Shown: piece after piece, positions 42,453 through 55,368 of the stretch
Layout of the letters: the number at the start of each line of letters is the position of its first letter
Position numbering within the stretch: position 1 is the first letter of the stretch
NCBI GenBank assembly: GCA_965249725.1
Contig: CBDFMQ010000002.1
Coordinates: 1,344,001-1,408,000 of the forward strand
Direction: 5' to 3'
From: Longimicrobiales bacterium
GTDB lineage: Bacteria > Gemmatimonadota > Gemmatimonadetes > Longimicrobiales > Gaopeijiaceae
DNA: 64,000 bases
Notes under the pieces: generated by a model
Databases searched by the model: none
The model's input: the letters and a program-made list of their open reading frames with translations, nothing else
What the model was told of the DNA's origin: nothing
Program-made: the position numbers and the translations under genes

Positions 42453-44275
42453 TGCAGCTATCGACACTCGACTGGTGGGTCCTCGCCCTCTACGGCGTGA
42501 CGGCCCTCTCGGTGGGGCTGGCGTTCGCGCGCCGCGCCGGACGCGGAACCGAGGAGTACTTCCTCGCGGGCCGGTCGATGCCGTGGTGGCTGCTGGGCAC
42601 CTCGATGGTGGCGACCACGTTCTCGACGGACACACCCAACCTGGTCACCGACCTCGTGCGCACCGGAGGGGTCAGCCAGAACTGGATCTGGTGGGCCTTC
42701 CTGATCACCGGCATGTGCACGGTCTTCTTCTACGCCAAGCTTTGGCGGCGCTCAGGCGTCCTCACTGATATCGGATTCTATGAACTTCGATATGCGGGAC
42801 GTTCCGCAGCCTTCCTGAGAGGCTTCAGGGCCATCTATCTGGGTGTGTTCTTCAACGTCATGATCATGGCCACGGTGACGCTGGCGGCCATCAAGATCGG
42901 GGGTGTGCTGCTCGGAGCGGACAAGTACACCGTCGTGCTGATCGCCGGAACGGCCACGGTCTTGTATGCGGCGACCTCGGGGCTCTGGGGCGTCCTGGTC
43001 ACGGATCTGCTTCTCTTCGCCATCTCCATGATCGGGGCGGTGGCTGCGGCGGTTTATGCCCTGCGGCTTCCGGAGGTGGGTGGCCTCTCCGGTCTGATCT
43101 CCAACCCAGCCGTGTCGGGCAAGTTGTCCTTCCTTCCGGACTTCTCGGATCCCTCCACCGCGGCGGCCGTCTTCATCGTGCCCATCGCCGTGCAGTGGTG
43201 GAGTACGTGGTACCCCGGCGCGGAGCCCGGCGGTGGAGGATATGCCGCCCAACGCATGCTGGCGGCCAAGGATGAGAAGCACGCCATGCAGGCCACGCTC
43301 TGGTTCAACCTGGCCCACTACGCGCTGCGACCGTGGCCGTGGATCTTGGTGGCCCTGGCGTCGTTGATCGTCTACCCGACCCTGGCCGACCTACAGGCCG
43401 CCTTCCCCCACGTGGACCCGTCCGTCATCCGGCACGACCTGGCTTACCCCGCCATGCTGGTCTTCCTGCCGCACGGCCTCCTCGGCCTCGTGGTGGCATC
43501 ACTCGCGGCGGCCTACATGTCGACCATCAGCACGCACCTCAACTGGGGGTCGTCGTACATCGTCGACGACGTCTACCGCCGTTTCGTGGCCCCGGACCGC
43601 GAGGAGAAGGACTATGTCCGAGTGGCGCGGCTCTCCACCGTAGGGTTGATCATCTTCGCGTCTTTCGTGGCCCTACAGCTCGAGAACGCCATGCAGGCGT
43701 TCCAGATTCTCCTCCAGATCGGGGCCGGGACCGGTCTGGTGTTCCTTCTGCGGTGGTTCTGGTGGCGGGTGAACACGTGGAGTGAGATCTCCGCCATGGT
43801 GATCTCGTTTGTCGTGGCCATCTACTTCGCCTTCTTCCATACGCGCCTGGGCTTCGAGCCCTGGGATGCATCGAATACACTGGTCGTAGGCGTGGCGATC
43901 ACCACCGTGGGCTGGCTGGCCGTGACGTTCATGACTCCGCCGGTGGACACGGAGACGCTCCAGGCCTTCTACCGCGATATCCGTCCGCTCGGCCGGGGCT
44001 GGGATGCGGTCATGGGCGAGACGGGCTCCGAGACGGGCGGCAGTGAGGATCCCGCGGGAGGCGGCCAACGGGCCGACGATCAAGATCGCGGCGGAGAGCT
44101 CGCCGCCGGCCTGCTCTCCTGGTTCCTCGGGTGCACCATGGTGTACGGCGCGCTGTTCGGAACGGGGTTCCTACTGTACGGGCAGCCAGGGGCAGGCATC
44201 TTCGGGATGGTCGTGGCGGTCGCATCCGGCTGGGGCGTGTTCAGGCTGCTGCCGCGGGTCGGCTTTCTATCCTGA
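42452..44275 (+). CDS. Sodium:solute symporter (SSS)
   Basis: EYFLAGRSMPWW, SMVATTFSTDTP, QRMLAAKDE, AAYMSTIST; many TM helices. Confidence 0.93.
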   Translation: MQLSTLDWWVLALYGVTALSVGLAFARRAGRGTEEYFLAGRSMPWWLLGTSMVATTFSTDTPNLVTDLVRTGGVSQNWIWWAFLITGMCTVFFYAKLWRRSGVLTDIGFYELRYAGRSAAFLRGFRAIYLGVFFNVMIMATVTLAAIKIGGVLLGADKYTVVLIAGTATVLYAATSGLWGVLVTDLLLFAISMIGAVAAAVYALRLPEVGGLSGLISNPAVSGKLSFLPDFSDPSTAAAVFIVPIAVQWWSTWYPGAEPGGGGYAAQRMLAAKDEKHAMQATLWFNLAHYALRPWPWILVALASLIVYPTLADLQAAFPHVDPSVIRHDLAYPAMLVFLPHGLLGLVVASLAAAYMSTISTHLNWGSSYIVDDVYRRFVAPDREEKDYVRVARLSTVGLIIFASFVALQLENAMQAFQILLQIGAGTGLVFLLRWFWWRVNTWSEISAMVISFVVAIYFAFFHTRLGFEPWDASNTLVVGVAITTVGWLAVTFMTPPVDTETLQAFYRDIRPLGRGWDAVMGETGSETGGSEDPAGGGQRADDQDRGGELAAGLLSWFLGCTMVYGALFGTGFLLYGQPGAGIFGMVVAVASGWGVFRLLPRVGFLS

Positions 44276-45487
44276 CCGCCACGTGACCGTGGCTCCCCCC
44301 GACGGTACGGCCCTGAATAGCAGATCCTCCGTGGATGTGTCACCCCGCGGCCCATAGTACCCGCCCGCCAGCGCCTCGCGAACCGCTGCCTCGGCGGATT
44401 CCTCACACAGGATGAGCGCGGCACCGCCGAGTCCCGCTCCGGTCAGTCGTGCACCGGCGGCACCGGCCTCCCGCGCAAACGCCACGATCCTGTCGAGTTC
44501 GGGTGTGCTCACCTCGTAGTCGTGACGGAGGCTCTCGTGCGAAGCGTCCATGATGCGACCAAAGGCCATCAGGTCTCCCTCGGACAACGCCCGCTCGGCC
44601 TCAGTCACCCGAAGCGCCTCACTCAAGGTGTGCCTGAACCGGGCAAGGAGTGGGGCGTCGAGGACGTCGTCGGCCAAGTCGAGCAGGTCCACTCGATCCG
44701 CCGTCTCGAGTAGCGGCCGGTAGTCCCTCTCCGGTGGGGGCCCTTCCCCCACCCTCTCCCATACGGTGGCGAGCGCCGTTCGGCACTCCTGGGTCCTGGT
44801 GTTGTAGGTGGCCTGTGCCGGACCGGATTTCTCCGCCACGAAGCCGCTGTGGGCGACCATGAACACCCAATGGCCCGGAACCTCCACCGGCCGTATGTGC
44901 AGGGGTGCAAAACTCACAGCAAGGGCGTGCCCACTGCGGCCACAGAGGATGGCCGCCTGGTCCATTCCCCCTCCTTGGGTGCCCGTGTACCGCTCGGCCC
45001 GGGCCACGACCTCGGCCAGTTTCACCCTTCTCACATCCCGATCATTCACAGCCAGCAGTGCCATGGCCAAGCCGCAGGAAAGCGCGGAAGAAGAACTCAG
45101 GCCCGCAGCGATCGGCAGATCGGACCCCATGACGATGTCGGCCCCCGATGTGATCTCGAATTCACGCACCAGAGCCTGAGCCACACCCCGGGCATAGTCG
45201 CCCCAATCGCCTTTCCCTCCCGGCTCTATCTCGACGAACAGATCAATCTCGACGTCGGCATAGTCCGGCTCCGCGTTCCTGATCCTCAACAGGCCATCTC
45301 TGCGTGGTCGCACCCCCAAGGAAGTACCGAGCTGGATGGCCATGGGGAGCACCGGCAGCAGCGAATAGTCGATATGCTCGCCGATGAGGTTCACACGCCC
45401 CGGGGCCCGCACGACGAGGGTCGGCGCGGGACTACCGAAGCGGTCTTGAAAGAGCCCCGAGGGATCCCCGTTGGAGTATGGTGCCAA
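44267..45487 (-). CDS. galK: GHMP kinase, galactokinase/GalNAc-kinase type (start uncertain)
   Basis: APGRVNLIGEHIDY, PIAAGLSSSSA, GGGMDQ, GARLTGAGLGG. Confidence 0.88.
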   Translation of the reverse strand: MAPYSNGDPSGLFQDRFGSPAPTLVVRAPGRVNLIGEHIDYSLLPVLPMAIQLGTSLGVRPRRDGLLRIRNAEPDYADVEIDLFVEIEPGGKGDWGDYARGVAQALVREFEITSGADIVMGSDLPIAAGLSSSSALSCGLAMALLAVNDRDVRRVKLAEVVARAERYTGTQGGGMDQAAILCGRSGHALAVSFAPLHIRPVEVPGHWVFMVAHSGFVAEKSGPAQATYNTRTQECRTALATVWERVGEGPPPERDYRPLLETADRVDLLDLADDVLDAPLLARFRHTLSEALRVTEAERALSEGDLMAFGRIMDASHESLRHDYEVSTPELDRIVAFAREAGAAGARLTGAGLGGAALILCEESAEAAVREALAGGYYGPRGDTSTEDLLFRAVPSGGATVTWRSG

Positions 45488-45502
45488 CCCGATGTCTCCG
45501 GG

Positions 45503-46894
45503 CTACGCCGTCACCAGCCCCAACTGCGGCCAGGACTCCCATCGACCACGCGTGAAGTCCGGGAAGTCGATCGCCTGACTCCCGTTCGCCACCGACCACT
45601 CGGACAACGGCGTCACGGCGCTGAGCGCTGCAGCGTCGTAGACGTTCATGTCCGTCGGAAGCCCCTCACGTAGGCACTTGATGAGGCGGTAGTCCTCCAT
45701 GAAGTCCATGCCTCCGTGACCCGCGCCCTGCGAGCGCTCCTCCATCTCCTTCCAGAGAGGATGCTCGTACTCCTCCAGCCACTTCTCGGCCTCGTCCCAG
45801 CGGTGGTCCTCACTGATGCCCTCTACGTACACGCGGTCCGGATATCCCTGGAAGATGCCCTTGGTACCCTGCACCTGGTTGATGCGGCTGTAAGGCCTCG
45901 GGAGATTCGTGTCGTGCCCCACGTAGAGCGTGCGTCCCAGGGCGGTCTGGATCATCGTCGTGTTCACGTCCCCCAGGACGTAGGTCTCTTGGCGCTTGGG
46001 GTGGTCCGCCGGGTAGTTGGCTTCGGCCCAGTCCTGAAGCCCCCTCGACGGAGTACTCATCGAGACCAGCGTAGCGAAACGGTCGCCCCGATTGATGTCC
46101 ATGCAGTTGGCGATCGGCCCCAAGCCGTGGGTCGGGTAGAGGTTGCCGTTCCGCTGCGTGGCGTGTGCACGACGCCACAAGCCCTCGTCCTTGTCCTCGA
46201 ACTTGATGCCGCGCAGGTCGTGGAGATACCCGCCCTCCGCGTGCAGAATCTCACCCAGGACACCCTGCCGGACGAGGTTGAAGGCGAGCATTTCCATGCG
46301 CCCGTAGTTGACGTTCTCCATCATGGAGCAGTGCTTCTCGTACTTCTCGGCGTACTCCACGAGCTTCCAGCAGTCTTCCAACGTGTAGGCCGCCGGCACC
46401 TCGGTCGCCGTGTGCTTTCCGTTCTCCATGGCGGACGTGCAGATGGGGACGTGCCACTCCCACGGCGTGGCGTTGTACACCAGGTCCAAGTCCTCCTCCT
46501 GGCACAGGCGCTCGAAGTCCCGCTCGCCACGCGTGTAACCCGACGGTCGCGGGTGGCCGGCCTCCTCCACCCAGTCCTGTATTCGCTCCACCTTCTCGGG
46601 CACCACGTCGCACACGGCCTGAATGACGCAGCCCTCGATCCGGAGGAGATTCCGGACATGGGCACTCCCCTGGAGGCCGACTCCCACATAACCGATACGG
46701 ACCTGATCGATGGGCGGAGCGGCGAAAAGCTCCATGGGGGCCTGCCCGAGATCGGGAACGGACCCCGACCCTTGAGGCTCCGACTCGATGGAGCATCCCG
46801 CAGAGGTGCCGACGACGGCTAGGCCCAGCCCGGCAGCGCCCAGTTTCAGGGCCTCGCGGCGATCCAATCCACCCTCAATGATGTCGTCCGGCAT
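45503..46894 (-). CDS. GH109 NAD+-dependent alpha-N-acetylgalactosaminidase-like protein (Gfo/Idh/MocA), Tat lipoprotein
   Basis: DRREALK twin-Arg and SAGC lipobox; ATPWEWH, EVPAA, MENVNY, YLHDLR, YPTHGLGP, GHGGMD. Confidence 0.88.
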   Translation of the reverse strand: MPDDIIEGGLDRREALKLGAAGLGLAVVGTSAGCSIESEPQGSGSVPDLGQAPMELFAAPPIDQVRIGYVGVGLQGSAHVRNLLRIEGCVIQAVCDVVPEKVERIQDWVEEAGHPRPSGYTRGERDFERLCQEEDLDLVYNATPWEWHVPICTSAMENGKHTATEVPAAYTLEDCWKLVEYAEKYEKHCSMMENVNYGRMEMLAFNLVRQGVLGEILHAEGGYLHDLRGIKFEDKDEGLWRRAHATQRNGNLYPTHGLGPIANCMDINRGDRFATLVSMSTPSRGLQDWAEANYPADHPKRQETYVLGDVNTTMIQTALGRTLYVGHDTNLPRPYSRINQVQGTKGIFQGYPDRVYVEGISEDHRWDEAEKWLEEYEHPLWKEMEERSQGAGHGGMDFMEDYRLIKCLREGLPTDMNVYDAAALSAVTPLSEWSVANGSQAIDFPDFTRGRWESWPQLGLVTA

Positions 46895-46954
46895 CGCTCC
46901 CAACCCTCCGTAAAGTGCTCGGCCCACCGTCGACGGTGGGCTGCGTCGCTCGTC

Positions 46955-47755
46955 TCAGCGAACCCTCAAGACCATCAGCACCGGCCGATGGTCCGATGCC
47001 ACTCGCTCGTCCAGTACACGGTACTCGACAACCTCGAAGTGATCGGTAGGACGGTATCCGATGAAGTCGATTTCGCGCTCCGGGCGGTCCGACGGGAAGG
47101 TCGAGATGCGGCCGGCCTTGTCGGGTAACGCCCAGTGATGCTCGATCACGTCCATGACCCGATCGCCTCTGCGGGAATTGAAGTCTCCCGCCAGAATGAT
47201 CGGCGTCGTCTCCTGTTCGAAGAGGTCCACGACCTCCCGCGCCTGCCGAAAGCGCTCCTCTTCCGTACGGTAGAAGTGCACGCCCGCCACGATCACCTCC
47301 CCCGCCCCACCTGGAAGCCGGATCCTGGCCGCCAGTGTGCTTCGCGGCTCCGTGCCGGGGGGTAACACATGGTTCACGACCTCGAGGATGGGCCACCGAG
47401 ATAGGATGGCCATCCCATACTCCCCGCCTTGATACTCCATGAAGGGACCGAATGCGTGCTCCATCCCGGTCAGATCACCGAGACGCGCCGCCTGATCGAC
47501 TCGACCGGTTCGCGCGACGTTCCAGTCGATCTCCTGGAGCGTGACGATGTCCGGACGAGCACCGCGGATCACCGCCGCCGCCCGCTCGAGGTGCACCTCC
47601 CTGTCCATGCCCTCGCCGTGTTTGATGTTGTAGGCCAGCACCCGAATCGTGGGGCGACGGCCGGCCTCCTCAAACGCCTGCTGGATGGCGGCACAGCCCG
47701 TCAAACCCAGCGCCAGAGCCGAAATCGACAACAATACCCACCATCTCACCGCCAT
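46955..47755 (-). CDS. Endonuclease/exonuclease/phosphatase (EEP) family lipoprotein
   Basis: LTGC lipobox, YNIKHG, LQEID, AGDFN, ASDHRPV. Confidence 0.9.
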   Translation of the reverse strand: MAVRWWVLLSISALALGLTGCAAIQQAFEEAGRRPTIRVLAYNIKHGEGMDREVHLERAAAVIRGARPDIVTLQEIDWNVARTGRVDQAARLGDLTGMEHAFGPFMEYQGGEYGMAILSRWPILEVVNHVLPPGTEPRSTLAARIRLPGGAGEVIVAGVHFYRTEEERFRQAREVVDLFEQETTPIILAGDFNSRRGDRVMDVIEHHWALPDKAGRISTFPSDRPEREIDFIGYRPTDHFEVVEYRVLDERVASDHRPVLMVLRVR

Positions 47756-47760
47756 ACTCC

Positions 47761-48861
47761 TCACTCCCATGCTTCATCGTCCAGGGCACGCCCTAGAGCC
47801 TCGAGCGCACCACCGAGCACGTCCGTCGGCGCACCAATCGCCACCCTGAAATGAGCGGGAGATTGGAAAAAGGCACCGGGCACGACACCCGTATCGTACT
47901 GCTCTGTCAGCCTTCGGGCGAAGACGGCGGTGTCCTCGACATCCCGGATTCTCGGAAAGGCCACGGCGCCACCCGCGGGGGGCACCCACTCGAGCACATC
48001 CCGGCTCTCCATGAAGTCCGCCAGCATGCGGGAATTGGGCTCGAGGATCGAGCGCGCCCGTTCGCGAAGGGCCGCCAGGTGATCGAAGGCGACCACCGAC
48101 AGCCGCTCTGCAGGAAAGGCCCCGACGGCATCTACCACGTCGCGAACGCGGCGCATGGACTCACAGACCTCGGGCGGAGCCACGGCCCAACCACAGCGTA
48201 GCCCGGAGAGTCCGAACGCCTTGGTCAGGCTGCTGGTGGAGACGACCCGGTCCGAGAGGCTCGCCGCCGGCCTCTAGGGCCGATCGAAGACCGCCTCCCT
48301 GTATACCTCGTCCACCAGGACGCGAGCACCGACCTTCTCAGCCACTTCGACTACGCCCAGCAGCTCCTCGTCCGTTGCAAGCGTTCCCGTCGGGTTGTGG
48401 GGGTCGGTGACCACCACGAGGCGAGTTTCTGATGTGAGGCGCTAAGCCACGCGCTCGGGATCCAATCGCCACCCGTCCTCGAAGACTCGCTCGAAGCGAC
48501 CTACGCGGGCGCCCACGAGCTCGCCGGCATCCACGAGCGGATCATAGCCTGGCGTCTCGCACAACAGCTCCTCCCCGGGGCGTACCATGGCCGCGATGGC
48601 CAGGAAGTTCGCTCCGGAGGCCCCCGCGGCCGTGCACACACGGTCGGGGGCCACGCCGTAATGCTCGGCGATAGCCTCCACCAAGGGAGCGTATCCCTCG
48701 TCGTTCGGGCCCGACAACGCCAGGGCCTCCCGAGCCCCGGGCAGGTCTTCGAGCTGGCAATGGTGCAGATCGCTTCGTGTCAGACCGAACGTGGGAATCG
48801 GGTGCACCTTGGACCAGTGCATGTAGGGTGCCCAGTCACGCACTCCTTCGACGCCACTCAT
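47761..48861 (-). pseudogene. Class I/II PLP aminotransferase interrupted by two in-frame TAG codons (48442-44 and 48274-76)
   Basis: Single 367-codon frame with GASGAN, PGYDP, DPHNPTG, VDEVY, SSLTKAFGLSGLRCGW, VVPGAFF, FRVAIG. Confidence 0.85.
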
Positions 48862-50339
48862 TCTTGGGGTCCGTCCCCGGGCTGGGGCTGGTCATGGTTC
48901 GCATCACTCGCGTCCTCTGTGGTGCGTCCACTCCAATACCAGAAGGCAGGTACACCCGTCAGGAGCAGCACCAGGCCGATGCCGGAGCCGACCGGGTTCG
49001 ACCTCAGGACGCTCCCGACGATGAGCACCGATACCGCCACGAAGACGCCTGGCAGAATCGGAAAGCCCAAGGTCCTGAACGTGCCCTCGGGTCGCTCCGC
49101 GAGCGGATGGGTCCTGCGGAAGATGAACAGGCTGGCACCCGCGAGTCCGAAGAAGATCCAGTCTGCCAGGACGACGTAGTCCACCAGCTGGGCATATGTA
49201 CCGCTGAGGACGAGGATGGCGGCCCATCCCGATTGGATGCCGATCGCGAGGGAGGGCGTGCGGAACCGCGGGTGGAGCCGCGCTACAGCCGGAATGAAGA
49301 GCTTGTCGCGCGCCATCGCGTAGTAGACTCGGGTCGGCGCCAGCATCGTCAGGTTCAGGAAGCCGAAGGTCGAGATGGCGATGGTCAGGGCGATGAGCTT
49401 GTCTCCAGTGCCGCCGAAGAGGCGGTCGGCCGTGTCGGCGGCGGGCGTCATCGATCCCGCGAGTCCTGCGTGTCCGAGGGTCTTCAAGTACACGAGGTTC
49501 ACGAGAGCGTAAACCGTCACCACTACTGCGGTCCCCGCGAGGAGCGCCGTGGGCAGTTTCTTGACCGGGTCCTTGATCTCCTCGGCCACGTAGTTCGCGT
49601 TCTGCCATCCCCCATATGAGAACATGATGGGGATGAGGGCCGCTCCGAACGCGAGTAGCAAGGAGGGGCGCTCGGTGACCTGCTCGGCCGCCCCAGTCGC
49701 TGCAGCCGCCGCGGCGGCGGTTACCGCCGGAACGTCGGTCGCTCCAGATCCGCCCAGGACGAAGCCGGCTCCGATCAGCACCAGAATGGCCGCCACTTTG
49801 AGCACGACGAACGCATTGAGCACACGACTCCCGGGTTTCACCCCGAGATAGTTGATCGTCGCTACGACCACGATGGCCAAGATGGCGAGCGACGAGGTGG
49901 GGGCGCCCCCGCGACCCACCAAGCGGAAGGTGTACTCGGCAAACGTGATGGCGACCGCCGCGATGGCTCCGCTCTCGATCATGAGGAGGAGGGCCCAGCC
50001 GTACAGGAATCCCGCTAAAGGGTGGTACGCATCCCGCAGGTAAGCGTAGTGGCCCCCGGCGGTGGGAAAGAGCGAGCCGAGTTCTGCAAAGGTGAAGGCT
50101 CCCGCGATGGCGATGCACCCCCCGGCGATCCAGGCGGCCATGACCAACCAGCCGCTGTCGAGGCGCTGGGCCACGATATAGGGGTTGATGAAGATCCCCG
50201 CACCGATGATGCCACCCACCACCACCATCGTGGCGTCGAAGGTCCCCAACTCCCGACGAAAACTCATTCGGGGCACCGTCGGATTGGGCAAGCCAGCGGG
50301 CGAGCCAGCGGGCATGTCAGCGTGTATGTCAACGGCCAT
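48858..50339 (-). CDS. APC-family amino acid permease
   Basis: GGIIGAGIF, AELGSLFPTAGG, FSYGGW, EEIKDP, RVYYAMARD, HPRFRTP. Confidence 0.93.
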   Translation of the reverse strand: MAVDIHADMPAGSPAGLPNPTVPRMSFRRELGTFDATMVVVGGIIGAGIFINPYIVAQRLDSGWLVMAAWIAGGCIAIAGAFTFAELGSLFPTAGGHYAYLRDAYHPLAGFLYGWALLLMIESGAIAAVAITFAEYTFRLVGRGGAPTSSLAILAIVVVATINYLGVKPGSRVLNAFVVLKVAAILVLIGAGFVLGGSGATDVPAVTAAAAAAATGAAEQVTERPSLLLAFGAALIPIMFSYGGWQNANYVAEEIKDPVKKLPTALLAGTAVVVTVYALVNLVYLKTLGHAGLAGSMTPAADTADRLFGGTGDKLIALTIAISTFGFLNLTMLAPTRVYYAMARDKLFIPAVARLHPRFRTPSLAIGIQSGWAAILVLSGTYAQLVDYVVLADWIFFGLAGASLFIFRRTHPLAERPEGTFRTLGFPILPGVFVAVSVLIVGSVLRSNPVGSGIGLVLLLTGVPAFWYWSGRTTEDASDANHDQPQPGDGPQE

Positions 50340-50852
50340 TGGCGCCGACAGGGAGGCCGCCGCTGGGCGACCGGCATCCTGGAGGTTGGTACTCGCATGA
50401 CTGCAGCTCCGCTCGGAATTCGAGCGACAAGCTACTGCGAGTCGACGAGCACCGCGAAATGCAGAAGGCGGGCGCCGATGAGCCGCCCGCCTTCTCGAGT
50501 GGTCGGGGTATTCCCCGAGGCCACGTCGCCCCTAGTGGACTCCGTTCCGGTGCGTGCTCCTAGTATCCGGAAGGTGGAGCCTCACTCGAACCCGCCGAAG
50601 GATCGTCCGCCTTCGGCAGGAGCTGCGCCACCGCTGTATTCACGATATCCATCGGGAACGACGTGATGGTGGAACTCTTCTCCCCCGAATTTGCTTGTGG
50701 GGAAACGCCCTACCCCCGGGCGGGGAATACCGCCGCCCGAGGGTGGAATCAGGCGCGGGGTGTCTTCCGTCTGAGGCCTTTGGTATTCTTCGACGTTCGC
50801 AGCCCCGCGAAAACCGCGTCCGTCCCGAACTGCAGAGCAGACTGAGGCCGTC

Positions 50853-53561
<2,709 letters not shown>

Positions 53562-53573
53562 CGACGAGTCAGA

Positions 53574-54266
53574 CTAGCCGGGCGGCTCGTGTTCCGAGTC
53601 CCGCAGCGCCACCGGCGGGCTAAGAACCTCTGACAGGACCATGGCCTGTCGAACGCTCTCGGGCCCCGCGAGTGTCAGCATCCGACGCGCGCCCCGCCCT
53701 CTGGCCGGGGATCGCCGAGTGGGGCCGGTCCCCGCCCCGGGCTGAGAATCCGCCCGCTCGGACATCGCAAGTGGAGTCGGCCGCGTCGGCAACGGTGTCG
53801 TAGAGAGGGTCAGAGAGCTGCCGGTGCGAGCAGCCGGAACCTCATCGGGCACAGGCCCGATCGGATACGCCGGGCTGTCATCGGGGGACCATTCCACGTG
53901 GTCGTGCCGCTCGACGTGCTGATGCTCGAGACCGAGCCTAGTCTCCTCGGGTTCGAAAACACCACTGTAGCGCGACGAGGGCTCCACCTCGGGTTCCGGT
54001 GCGGGTGGCAGCGGCCGAGCGGACGGAGGCGTCCGTCCTCGGGCGATGGCGGCAATCTCCTCCCAGAGCTCGTCGGGAACCATCCCCTCCGATGTCTCGG
54101 CATCGGCCTGGTGCGCGAGGAGATCGCCCCCCCCCTCGGCGCTCTCGCTCCGCCCCATCTCGGTGTGGGGGTCCTGTTCCTGGCGCTTCTTACGGGCCGC
54201 CGCGTCCATCATCGAAATGATGACGAAGAAGGCGATGACCAGAATCTGGATCAGGCCGCTGTCCAT
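53574..54266 (-). CDS. YqfB-like protein downstream of floA
   Basis: N-terminal TM, Pro-rich linker, C-terminal VRQAMVLSEVLSPP motif; operon position. Confidence 0.7.
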   Translation of the reverse strand: MDSGLIQILVIAFFVIISMMDAAARKKRQEQDPHTEMGRSESAEGGGDLLAHQADAETSEGMVPDELWEEIAAIARGRTPPSARPLPPAPEPEVEPSSRYSGVFEPEETRLGLEHQHVERHDHVEWSPDDSPAYPIGPVPDEVPAARTGSSLTLSTTPLPTRPTPLAMSERADSQPGAGTGPTRRSPARGRGARRMLTLAGPESVRQAMVLSEVLSPPVALRDSEHEPPG

Positions 54267-54299
54267 TAGATGGCCCTCGGAGGCGTCGGAAGAGCCACG

Positions 54300-55289
54300 C
54301 TACGCCAGCGGATCGGTGTCAGTGTCGTCTCCGCCCGCGATGGCCTTACGCATGGTCGTATCGGACTGAATGTTGTTGTAGCGCACGTAGTCCATGACAC
54401 CCATGTGGCCCTGCCGGAAGGCATCCGCCAACGCCAGCGGCACCTGCGATTCTGCCTTCACCAGCTCGGCCCTCATCTCCACCACCCTGGCCTGCATCTC
54501 TTGTTCCTCAGCCACGGCCATGGCGCGCCGTTCCTCGGCACGGGCCTGGGCCACTCGCTTGTCGGCATCGGCCTGATGGGTTTGGAGGTCGGCACCGATG
54601 TTCTTCCCGACATCCACGTCCGCGATGTCGATCGAGAGGATCTCGAAGGCCGTGCCCGAGTCGAGCCCTTTGGACAGCACCATCTTGGAGATGCCGTCCG
54701 GGTTCTCCAGCACGTCCTTGTGTGAAGCGGCAGAACCGATCGAGGATACGATCCCCTCACCCACCCGGGCGAGGATGGTCTCCTCCCCGGCACCACCCAC
54801 CAGCCGATTGATGTTGGCCCGCACAGTGACACGGGCCTGGGCGATTAGCTGGATGCCGTCCTTGGCCATGGCCGCCACCTTCGGTGTGTTGATGACCTTG
54901 GGGTTCACCGAGACCTGTACCGCCTCAAAGACGTCTCGGCCGGCGAGGTCGATGGCCGCCGCCTGCTGAAAACCCAGCTCGATGCTCGCCTTATCGGCGC
55001 TGATCAGTGCGCGGACGACGCGGTCGACCTCGCCTCCGGCCAAATAGTGGGCTTCGAGGTCATTGATACTAAGCGGGATGCCGGCCTTGGTCGCCCAGAT
55101 CAACGGGCGCACAACCGCCGAGGGAGTGACCTTACGCAGGCGCATCCCCACCAGGTAGCCAATGCTCAACCGGACCCCGGCCGAGATCGCCTCGACCCAC
55201 AGGCGTACCGGGACCGCCCAGGCCACGACGCTGATGAGCATCACCGCCCCGAAGAGGATAAAAAGGCTGAATACGTCTAGCTGTTGCAT
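54300..55289 (-). CDS. floA: Flotillin-like protein FloA (YqfA)
   Basis: [57 protein letters not shown]. Confidence 0.93.
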   Translation of the reverse strand: MQQLDVFSLFILFGAVMLISVVAWAVPVRLWVEAISAGVRLSIGYLVGMRLRKVTPSAVVRPLIWATKAGIPLSINDLEAHYLAGGEVDRVVRALISADKASIELGFQQAAAIDLAGRDVFEAVQVSVNPKVINTPKVAAMAKDGIQLIAQARVTVRANINRLVGGAGEETILARVGEGIVSSIGSAASHKDVLENPDGISKMVLSKGLDSGTAFEILSIDIADVDVGKNIGADLQTHQADADKRVAQARAEERRAMAVAEEQEMQARVVEMRAELVKAESQVPLALADAFRQGHMGVMDYVRYNNIQSDTTMRKAIAGGDDTDTDPLA

Positions 55290-55368
55290 CTAGTGTTCCT
55301 TTCAGTGAGCCAGGTCCCTCGGCGGGCTGGAGCCCGCGGGCCGGGAAAACCTCATTCTTGTTCTCGTT

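Noticed and set aside
50560..50652. 30-codon minus-strand ORF MDIVNTAVAQ... inside the structured intergenic region
   Set aside because: No clear RBS or recognisable motif; cannot be separated from chance.
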